DNA of 64,000 nucleotides from Eledone cirrhosa (lineage: Eukaryota), in NCBI GenBank assembly GCA_964016885.1, contig OZ024742.1:152396001-152460000 (forward strand), in the 5' to 3' direction. A program made the position numbers and the translations under genes. The notes under the pieces were generated by a model, which saw only the letters and a list, made by a program, of their open reading frames with translations, had not been told where the DNA came from and did not search any database. Shown here one piece after another: positions 14,190 to 25,192 of this stretch; within the stretch, counting starts at the first letter, position 1; the number at the start of each line of letters is the position of its first letter.

Positions 14190-14524
14190 GGCAAAACCAA
14201 CCGACAGGAGACCCAGGGGTAGACCCCGAGTAAGCAAAATGATTGGATGACATCCAAGGACTCGGCCTTTCAGCTTGGGGATTTAAGCGGATCAGATGGA
14301 GATGGTTGCACCTGGCAGGAGTCATCGGAAGGTTTACTAGGGCCTTCAACCCTTGTGACACTCACAGGAATAACTGAGCGAAGAAGAAGAAGAAGAAGAA
14401 GAAGAAGAAGAAGAAGAAGAAGAAGAAGAAGAAGAAGAAGAAGAAGAAGAAGAAGAAGAAGAAGAAGAAGAAGAAGAAGAAGAAGAAGAAGAAGAAGAAG
14501 AAGAAGAAGAAGAAGAAGAAGAAG
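14190..14524 (+). mobile_element. RTE/Expander-like LINE 3' end with a ~145-bp (GAA)n tail
   Basis: Peptide AKPTDRRPRGRPR..LDDIQ followed directly by (GAA)n at 14380-14523. Confidence 0.65.
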
Positions 14525-15066
14525 ATACTATTTGTAAAAGAACAAAAATACCTGAACTGTTAAATAAATTCAATTGGATGGAGGAAGATTACAAATGTTA
14601 ATTAAACTTTTCTGACCAGGAATCAATAAGAGTGATAAAAATGTATTCAAAATCTAAAGAAGTTGTCCAAATTTTAAAATTCAATTACTCAAATATCTAT
14701 TACAAAAAATACTCTTTCCCATAACTGGAATGTAAAACAAAATGGTGAATTGCATATTAGTAACTATTTTCATAAACCTACTTAAATTTCAAGATTTAGT
14801 CTTCATTTTCAAAATAGAGATCAACATTATTATGACAGAAAATCAATAATTGTCTGCTATTGAACTTTTGGATCTATATTATTGAAGTAAAACGGTTCAG
14901 CTTGCAAAAGAAAACTATAGACGGAACAAAGTTATTGTTCAGAAATAGACAGAAAAGAAAGAAATATTGTATAAATTGTTATGTGGTTTTGTTGAATGTT
15001 CGTGCTTTTAGTTTTTAATCTTCAAGCCTCTCTTTTCTCTGTTTCTACCCACTCCCTTTCTCTCTC

Positions 15067-15152
<86 letters not shown>

Positions 15153-15204
15153 TTATATATATAAATATATATATATACACATACATTATAGATACATATA
15201 TATC

Positions 15205-15248
<44 letters not shown>

Positions 15249-15756
15249 TGAGAAGAAAGAAGAATACTGCGTGGTTGCACATGGGTTACATATGATAAAA
15301 ATAGTCCTTCGTCAGTGATTTTCCAACCATCATTCGTATTTCATCGCATTAAGACTCAGATACCTCAGGTTGGTGCGAGCAATAACTAAAAAAAGTTATT
15401 GGGACCAGTAATTCGCGTAAAGCGAGGGGGACAAGTAAACAATATAGAAGGATAAAAGCAAACCGTAGATATGAAAATAAACAAGCAACATGCTTGTCCG
15501 GTCAGTACAAGCTGGGTGGATTTCATGAGCGAGAGAGGTACAGACCGTCCGATGTGTGTGAGATGTAAGCAAGAAGAGACCCACAACAAGCCAAACGGAA
15601 GGAAGTGAGAAGGGGAGAAACAGAGAGAGAATGAGTGGAAGTGTGAGGAAGAGGTCAGTTGAGAGAAAGTGAAACTGACAGAGGGGGCGAAAGAGGGTGA
15701 GAGAAACAGAGAGAGCGGGGAAGCAGTAAGATATATATATATATATATATATATAG

Positions 15757-15884
15757 AAATCACATGAATCAAAGTTCTTTTCAAACCATTTATTAGCTTA
15801 CAATTGTTTCGTCCAAACCGAGGTTTGGACGAAACAATTGTAAGCTAATAAATGGTTTGAACAGAACTTTGATTCATGTGATTT
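15757..15884. repeat. 63-bp-arm palindrome centred on an HHR helix II
   Basis: gtccaaacc-ga-ggtttggac-GAAACAATTGTA reads outward on both strands; one mismatch between arms. Confidence 0.9.
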
Positions 15885-16048
15885 ATATATAACTGCTCTG
15901 TAAAACAACTGATGTTATTACATTGAGCTATTTATCTTACTGGTAATAAGGTAGTAATAAATTACTGTCTTTCACTGTTTAGGGTTTAAAATATATATAT
16001 AACTATAAAAAGTTTTAGTATATACATAACCATAAATAGTATCCTTCA

Positions 16049-16145
<97 letters not shown>

Positions 16146-16302
16146 TATATATATATATATACATTTGGATATAATGCTCTGAAATAGCGATATATATGTG
16201 AAGACAAACATAGAATATTCGAAAATATTCTGTATGTTTATAATAAACATTTCGAAGACCCAATCGCTATAGAATAGAATACGTCACGTATTACAATTTG
16301 AG

Positions 16303-16391
16303 ATTCTCGATAAAAGCAAGGGAAGTAACCTACGCGTTTCATTCTTATTAGAAATCTTCAGGATTACATATCCAGTGCTTTTATCGAGAAT
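16303..16391 (-). ncRNA. Canonical minimal hammerhead within a 16-bp inverted repeat
   Basis: Reverse complement reads gtaatc-CTGAAGA-t-ttct-aata-agaa-t-GAAAC-GC-GTA-ggttac (16325-16367). Flanks are attctcgataaaagca / tgcttttatcgagaat. Confidence 0.88.
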
Positions 16392-16480
16392 GACACAGCT
16401 AGAGACTTATAGAATACTTAGCTGTGTACAGGAACTGGTTTGAAGGAGCGGTAGCCGGTCCGGCGGAAATTAGAATTTGG

Positions 16481-16628
<148 letters not shown>

Positions 16629-17344
16629 CAAAAGTACAGCAGATTCGAAGTTCGAATAGCAGCTAAGCCAACGAATTCCTTCAGCAGTGCAGCCAATCAC
16701 TCGACAACGTATAGAACTCAGAGTAATAACATACATTTTAATGGGCTTTGGAAATTGAAAATAGCGACCGCTAATTCAGCTGCGTGATCTGTAGCAACGA
16801 AAGAACTGACTAGTGAGAAAAAATATACACACACACACATACATAACCACACATATATGTATACATATATATACACCACAAGCGGATTTTGTTGATTTCG
16901 GATTTACAGAAACCTCACTTAGATAGTCAATAATTTCGAAGTGTCGGTCCAGGTATGTTATATATACAGATTATATAAAAAACATGCCTTATGTGTTTTC
17001 TTCATTTCACCCGCTTCGATGGAACAGATTGGTTATAAACAAAGTATTGGAGATCGATTGGCGCAAAATCAGGCGTATAGCGAACTCTAGACCTGCCAGA
17101 GCAAAGAAACAATTGTCAGCAATGTGATTAAAGCACTTATTGTATAGCGAACCATGTCAATCTTCTTTCTTGAATAATTATTACTCCAAGTGTAAACTAC
17201 ATAAAAATCACCGCGAATTCGCAGCATCACTATGGAAACGTCTTGTTGAGTCAAACTAAGTCACACGTTAATACTATCCACTACAAGAGCTACTCCAACT
17301 GGACTACATCTAAGCGAACTGCCATAACAATAACCTGTTATCTC

Positions 17345-17399
<55 letters not shown>

Positions 17400-17431
17400 T
17401 ATAGATATATATATACATATATATATATATA

Positions 17432-19046
17432 TGAAAAACGTAAAATAAGAAAATTATAAAAATTAACTTACTTACTAAAATTTCACTCCAACTAATTAGT
17501 TTCTGAAAGGGAATAAACATGGTTTCCGAATGGAACCCATGGAGAAAGCCTTTCGTCATCAGGAAATCTATTCTCAGCTAATTTTCCAGGCGATGCGTGG
17601 ACACGGGGAACGTATACAAAAATAATTCAGTGGATGGAAAAAAGCAAGCGGGGACTAAATTCAAGACATTGAAAAATCACTGCCTACTGCGTCGGTGGCA
17701 AATTGAAAAGAATCAATCACGTGACATCGAGGTTAATCAGTGAGTAGTGGGGTGTTACAAAAGACAGTAGTCGAACTATTACTATGAACTATAGTAGCAG
17801 TTTTGGAACATCTTTGCTCAACAAAATAATTTGGAGATAATTATAAAGAATATAGTATATCTACCAACATATATATACAGATGCATACCTATGCTAGCAA
17901 ATATATAGGTTTTGTCTTAGTAACTTTGTGGTTCAATGCAAGGGGATGCAGAACAATTTTATGGATGACGTAAAATAAGAAAATTATAAAAATCAACTTA
18001 CTTACTAAAATTTCACTCCAACTAATTAGTTTCTGAAAGGGAATAAACATGGTTTTCCGAATGGAACACATAGAGAAAGCCTTTCATCATCAGGAAGTCT
18101 ATTCTCAGCTAATTTCCCAGGCGTGGCGTGGACACAGGGAACATATACAAAAATAATTCAGTGGATGGAAAAAAGCAAGCGTGGACTAAATTCCAAGACA
18201 TTGAAAAAAGCACTGCCTACTTGGTCGGTGGCAAATTCAAAAGAATCAATCACGAGACATCGAGGTTAATCAGTGAGGAGTAGGGTGTTAAGAAGACAGT
18301 AGCCGAATTATTACTATGAACTATACTAGCAGTCTGGGGAAATTTGGAAAATGTTTGTATCAGTTCCCTGTTTAGTAAGTAAGTTCTTATTTTATGTCTT
18401 TCATATAATTGTTCTGCATCCCCTTGCATTGAACCACAAAGTTACTATGACAAAACCTATATATTTGCTAACATAGGTATGCATCTGTATATATATGTTG
18501 GTAGATATACTAATTCTTAATAATTATCTCCAAATTATTTTGTTAAGCAAAAATTGGCCAAAACTGCTACTATAGTTCATAGTAATAGTTCGGCTACTGT
18601 CTTTTTAACAGCCCACTCCTCACTGATTAACCTCGATGTCACGTGATTGATTCTTTTGAATTTGCCACCGACCAAGTAGGCAGTGCTTCTTTCAATGTCT
18701 TCGAATTTAGTCCACGCTTGCTTTTTTCCATCCACTGAATTATTTTTGTATAAGGTCCCTGTGTCCACGCATCGCCTGGGAAATTAGCTGAGAATAGACT
18801 TCCTGATGACGAAAGGCTTTCTCCATGGGTTCCATTCGGAAACCATGTTTATTCCCTTTCAGAAACTAATTAGTTGGAGTGAAATTTTAGTAAGTAAGTT
18901 ATTTTTTATAATTTTCTTATTTTACGTCTTTCATATAATTGTTCTGCATCCCCTTGCATTGAACCACAAAGTTTACTAACACAAAACCTATATATTTGCT
19001 AGCATAGGTATGCATCTGTATATATATTTTGGTAGAGATACTAATT

Positions 19047-19050
<4 letters not shown>
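17432..19050. mobile_element. Family Y array: ~1.7 units on minus (17432-18345) plus ~1.3 inverted units on plus (18372-19050)
   Basis: Period of 530 bp (17441 vs 17971). HHRs at 17485-17567 (-), 18015-18098 (-) and 18798-18880 (+). Confidence 0.88.
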
Positions 19051-19109
<59 letters not shown>

Positions 19110-19118
19110 TATATATAT

Positions 19119-19315
19119 ATAGGAACGAGTAGGACCCCGACGGCTGAGCTCAAGCCGTTTGGACGGCTAATTCTGGACGTCCAGAATTAACCGTCGAAAC
19201 GGCTCGAGCTCAGCCGTCTGGGTCCTACTCGTTCCTATTACCCACTCTAATACCCTAAGTATTGACTACTTTCGTGCGTTATGGTCAACCTGGTTCCTTA
19301 CCACATTTCCTTCGT

Positions 19316-19318
<3 letters not shown>
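19119..19318 (+). mobile_element. Family X fold-back element (~58-bp arms plus tail)
   Basis: Hairpin centred on ctggacgtccag. Right arm reads ccgtc-GAAAC-ggct..agcc-GTC-tgggtcc. Flanked by (TA)n. Confidence 0.8.
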
Positions 19319-19377
<59 letters not shown>

Positions 19378-19455
19378 CATATATATATATGTGTGTATAT
19401 ATATATATATATATTTATATGTATATATATGTATATATATATATATGTATATACA

Positions 19456-19495
<40 letters not shown>

Positions 19496-19498
19496 TAT

Positions 19499-19530
<32 letters not shown>

Positions 19531-19563
19531 GTATATATATGTATATATATATATATATGTATA

Positions 19564-19680
<117 letters not shown>

Positions 19681-19904
19681 TACACATATACAAACGTTTA
19701 TGCACATATCTGTATATATATAACATACCTGGACCCTGACTTTGAAATTAGTGAATATCTAAGTGAGGTTTCTGTAAATCCGAAATCAACAAAATCCGCT
19801 TGTGGTGTATACAAGTTAGGTTTCTGGAAGATCGAAAAGAGGACTTACTTTCTTAACAGGCTTTCGTTCTAAACATGTTACTCCAAACATGTTACTCCAA
19901 AGGG

Positions 19905-19961
<57 letters not shown>

Positions 19962-19962
<1 letters not shown>

Positions 19963-22900
19963 CATTTCTGAATTTGTTTAGCAAGATTCTTTATCTGAAA
20001 TCGTGTGTTGAAACCGATATTGTTATACTTTGGGAGGGTCAAGTTGCCAATAAGAAACACTCGCACAAGTTGCTTTCACTTGAATTTATTATAATAAATT
20101 TATAAATTTAGGAATTTATAAATTTATAAATTTCGGGTTGGTTGTTTGGTTCCACAACCAGATAGTTGTTTATATATTGTCAAAGTTCTTTCGTCACACA
20201 TTCTGTGACCTCTTCAGTGACTGGGGATTCTTATCTTTGTTTTTGTGCCTCTCCTTTGTTCTGTCCTACGCCATTTTGTTTCTGTGTGTGTGTTGCGTGC
20301 TCAGTCTGCGCATGCGCAACATCCGGGTGTCTGTGAGTGTTTATATTCGTTTATTTATTTGTTTATTTACATGTTACCGGTTGGTTGTTTGTTCTATGTG
20401 TGTGTGTGTGTTTTCATTTTGTCCTTCATTGTAAGTTGTGATGTTGCTGTTCCACTCATATTTTCTATTTAATTTTGGTTGTAATTCTTTTACGTTTATT
20501 GCCTCTGTGATTTGTCTAAACATTGCGTCTTTTCTGTGTGTAGATTCTATTTTTATTTCTATGTTCTCTAATTTACCCTTATGTTCTATTTTAGCATGTT
20601 GGTAGAGTACAGATGATTCTTTAATATCTTGAAGCTCTCGCCAGTGTTCATTTATCCGTTCCCCTACACTACGAGCTGTCTCCCCTATGTACACTATATT
20701 TTTGTCTCTACATTGTCCTTCAGTAGATCTTATGCTATACACTACATTTCTAGTTTTACAGTTAATATGGGGGCTTAATTTAGAGGTTATACATTTCTTA
20801 TCTATACAGGGGGTTCTTTGAAAAGGGTATGTCTTGCTAATAAGTGTTTTACGGAGGTACCTGGTCTTTCTACTATCTTAATATTGAGTTTATGTTTATA
20901 TAGGGCCCTTCAAAATTTGTAAGCTAATTCACCTCTAGGGGTTGTATCGATGAACATTACACTCTGGTATTTATTACTATTATACCATGAGTTTATTCTA
21001 TTAGCCTTATTCCTAGTTCTTTCTATTCTATTCCAAAATTTGCTCCTATACAAGGGGCAGGTCCCATTTGTGTCATTATTTACCATTTTTCCCCATTTGG
21101 TTCTGGCTCCTCTATACACTCTGATTTTATCTCTCTGATTGTAACCAGAGAACTGCATACGGTGGATGAAGTGTTCTATGTGTCTCTCTAGTTCTTCGGG
21201 TTTGCACATGCGGGATACGTTTCTTATCAGCCGTACCAAATCCGCAATTAGTATGTTGATTTTGGTATGGTCCAAAACAGCCGAGTTTCGGTGGATCAGA
21301 TGTTTGGAAGTCATGGGTTTGGCATAATGGGAATGGAGGATTTGTTTGTTGTTATTAATGGTATCTAACCAGAGCTCTGTGTCTAGTACAGGTAATCGAT
21401 GGTTTGGGTGTTTTCTTGGGTAGTCTATAGTAACTCTAATACGCTGGTGGATTGAGTTAGCTATTTGCTGGATGCTTTCCATTGTGTTTTTCTCTAGTTC
21501 CTGACTGTTCTCTAGTGGGGGTGTCTTAACTACGATGTTTATATCATCAACGTAGCGGGAGTACATTATCAGGGTTAAGGGGTCTTCTAATTGTTCTTTA
21601 AGTTTAAGTTTAAGTCAACTGTCCCACCATACTATGAATAAGTTAGCTATGTCACCTGCAATGCTAACACAAATGGCTGCTCCTTCCTCTTGGGCATATG
21701 TTTTTCCATTAAATTTGAACATATGTTCCTTAAGGGTTAGTTTTATGCTGGCTCCTACCGCATGTGCAATCATTTTCTTCAGTTCATCGTTGTTTTCGGG
21801 TGTCCATGTGGCTCTGGTCCACCCGTTCCATCTATCTGTGTCGGGTTTCTTGGCCATTGAGGTAATGGTAGGTGGTCTGCCTCTTGCTGGTCTTGTAGGG
21901 CACAGGTTGCTAAGGTCATATGTCTCTAGGTAATTATTACTATAGATAAGTTTAAGTAAGAATCCCAGCTCACTGGTATCAATCCCACGGAACTCAACAT
22001 TGCTCTCACTGATCATTTCTACGCATTTCTCCACAGCAAAATCCACGTCAATACATGGATACAGGGACACAACATCCATACTACCTATTATGCAGTTTGT
22101 TAGGTCCCTAGATCGGTTATTCCGGCCGATTCTGCTGAGGAGGTCCTCCGTGCTGTCCCATACATCTGGGGACATTTCAATGATGGGGCGTATGATCAGG
22201 GAGAAGAAGTAGGACAGCCTCTAGTTACTAGCAATGTTAGCTCCACAGACTGGCCGTGTTGGTGGTCCCGTGTCAGGGTCACTGCCCGTTTTATGGTCTT
22301 TTCGAGGCCCATACAACGCCGGCACGTCATTGTTCCAGGCTTGGAAGTTGTTGGCAGTACTTTTATTGGGCTGCATTATATTCGTCCACATCACCATATG
22401 GGCATTGAGGGCTTTTTCTCTATCCTCATGCTGCTGTGGTGTTACCTCTCCTGTGTTAGTGATGTGGGGTTGCATTGCCTGGATGTAGTTTGGTAGGCTG
22501 TCAACCGACATTCTGCCAGACTTGTCTGTTGGAAAGCATGCTATCTCTCCATCACGCGAGCGCTGCATGAGCTTACGCAAGCCATTTGCAGATTTTTCTC
22601 CCAGTGGTTGGGCTTCCATTCTATTATGCTTCTTGCTATACTGTTCTATAACATTTCTAAGTTCGGATCTAGCTATACTAAATTGTGCGTCTGTTTGTTC
22701 ATCGACCTGCGACGGCAATTTCGTACGTTTGTTAATTGGTAAAGTCGTGGCGTGGACTCGTCGCAGGTCGAAGGACTTATCGGAGGGATTATAAAAAGTA
22801 GAGTTCCAGGCTGCTGCTTTATGTGTACTAGTGCTATTGTTATTGTTAGTTGTGTTGTTTCTATTTATATTTCCACCAACATCCTCATGGTTGTTTCTAT

Positions 22901-23650
22901 GTCTCACATAATTACTCATGTCTCTTTCCACTGGCTCATTGTTATTATCTACTCTATTGTGTATGTATGTGTGTTCGTCTTGGTTATTTTCTTTGTCCAT
23001 AGTCTCCCTTCTCCTTTTAATCCTATTACTTTCCCTTATTTCTGTGATTTCTGTGCTACTGTCATTACTTGTTTTCTGTGTCTGTGTGTTTGTTAAGATT
23101 GTGGTGGTGGTGAGAGGCATTGAATGTGTGTGTGTTGTTGTTGTTGTTGATGTGTGCTGTTGTTGATGTGTGCTGTTGTTGATGTGTGTTGTTGTTATTG
23201 TCTCCGTGATGTTATTATTGTTGTGTGTGTTGTTATTGTTGTTTGTGTCTGCGTGTCTGTTGTTGTTGTTTCTGAGTATTATATTATTGTTGGTGTGTGT
23301 GTTGTTGTTATTGTTGTTTGTGTCTGTGTGTCTGTTGTTGTTGGGATGTGTTGTATATGTGTGTGCGTATGTTGTTACTTTTGTTTTTGTTTTTGTTTTT
23401 GAGGCTCCAACGTAATTTTGTAAATGAATTTTTCTATTTCTGACAGACAACTAATCATATTTACCTTCTTGAATGTCGCAAATTTCGGTGGTAGAAGTAA
23501 TACAGATAATTCAACAGGGTCTATTGCCGTGTTGCCGTATATATTTGTGTTGTTGTTGTTGTTGAACTCATCTGTTAATGAGGTGTCGGCCATATTTATA
23601 CCGTCAATTTAGTCGGGATATCTATTGGTATTCTCTACAGTATCCTGATT
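19962..23650 (-). mobile_element. PLE #2, near full length, frameshifted
   Basis: Motifs PTDKSG, PPTRPVCGA, SMDVVSLYP, YSRYVDD, LPVLDTEL and VYIGETARSVGERINEH. Asn/Thr microsatellite expansion in the N-terminal part. Confidence 0.92.
20179..20221 (-). ncRNA. Minimal HHR in the 3' end of PLE #2
   Basis: Reverse complement reads gtca-CTGAAGA-g-gtcaca-gaatg-tgtgac-GAAA-gaac-TT-tgac. Confidence 0.75.
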
Positions 23651-23699
23651 TAGTTTTATCTGCTTAAGCCACTTTAGTTTTTTGTTAAAGTGTTTATCA

Positions 23700-24185
23700 C
23701 ATTCTTGAGCAATGTACCTATATATTTGCTAGCATCGATATGCATTTGTATGTATATATATGTTACTAGATATAAATTCTTTATTATTATCTTCAAAATA
23801 TTTGTCGAGCAATACTGGCCATGACTGCTGCTACGGTAGCAGGCTAGCCGCTGTCTTATTAACAACCCACTTTCCACCGATTGACCTCGATTTCACGTGT
23901 TCGATACTTTTTGAATTTGCCACAGACACAGAGGCAGTGATTTTCTCAATGGCTAGGAAGTAAGTCCATGCTTTGCTATTTCCTATTCACTGATTTATTT
24001 TTAATAAGCTTCCAGTTTCCTCGCTTTGCCTGGAACTTATATGAGAATTGACTTTCCTGATGACGGGATGTTTCTCTACACCTTCTTCGGAAGATGTATC
24101 TACTCCATTCCAGAAACTAATTAGTTGGAAGTGATATTTTAGTAAGTAAGTTAATTTTATAATTTTCTTATCTTACGTCTCTTAC
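23700..24185 (+). mobile_element. Divergent family Y monomer with HHR at 24051-24132
   Basis: actttc-CTGATGA-c-gggatg...cattcc-a-GAAACTAATTAGTT-ggaagt. Compensatory changes relative to the other copies. Confidence 0.85.
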
Positions 24186-24218
24186 ATATATATATATATA
24201 TATATACACACATACATT

Positions 24219-24281
<63 letters not shown>

Positions 24282-24990
24282 AATATGAATATATATATGT
24301 ATATATATATATGTATATATATATATATGTATACATATATTTATATACACACATACATTATACATACATATATATATATATGAATATATATATATGTATA
24401 TATATAAGTATATATATATATGTATATATATATATATGTGTATATATATATATACACACACGCATACACACACACATCTATATTTATACACGCACACATG
24501 TTTTTACAACCTACCACCTTTCACACCCTTTGTTTTCCAGCTTCTACAGCTCACTATCTTTCACACACACACGCACTCACACATATACACACACAGTTAC
24601 ACACACATGTATACCCATACACTTACACACACACATCTATATTTATACACGCACACATGTTTTACAACCTACCACCTTTCACACCCTTTGATTTCCAGCT
24701 TCTACAGCCCACTATCTTTCACACACACACACACACATATACACACTTACATTTATACACACACAGTTACACACACATATATATTTATACACACATATTT
24801 TACGGCTTTCACACGCTAGCGCACCCTCTTGATTTAACCCATTTGGTCAGTAGCTTTTGCCACAGCTTATCACGCGCACGCGCATTCTTTCCCTCGTTTA
24901 AATTTTAAATAATTCTCTCCCCATAACGGCATTCCTGTCTTAACGACATCACAACTTTCTCCGCTTGGCCTGTTCCCCCCCTTTTGGAAC

Positions 24991-25028
24991 TTCCCCCGTT
25001 GATGGGCGTGAGCCCGAAATATTGGGAT
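24991..25028 (+). ncRNA. Variant HHR in PLE #3 5' pLTR (same motif at 28420-28457)
   Basis: tccc-CCGTTGA-t-gggc-gtga-gccc-GAAA-TA-TT-ggga. GNRA-capped helix II, non-canonical 5' core. Confidence 0.6.
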
Positions 25029-25192
25029 TAAATCTCCACTACGGTAACCCTTCTACCTTTGTTTTGTTTTCACCTTTGTCTCTCTCAATTTTCACTTTCA
25101 CCTGTTTCTCCTATCTATCATTCACTTCCTACCTCGAGATTTCCCTCTGCATTGTTGTGGCTTTCTTAACTACGTATTTTACACATTTCACA

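Noticed and set aside
23700-24185. Interpreting this segment as the inverted pLTR of PLE #2
   Set aside because: It shares no sequence with the 3' end or HHR of PLE #2; it belongs to family Y.
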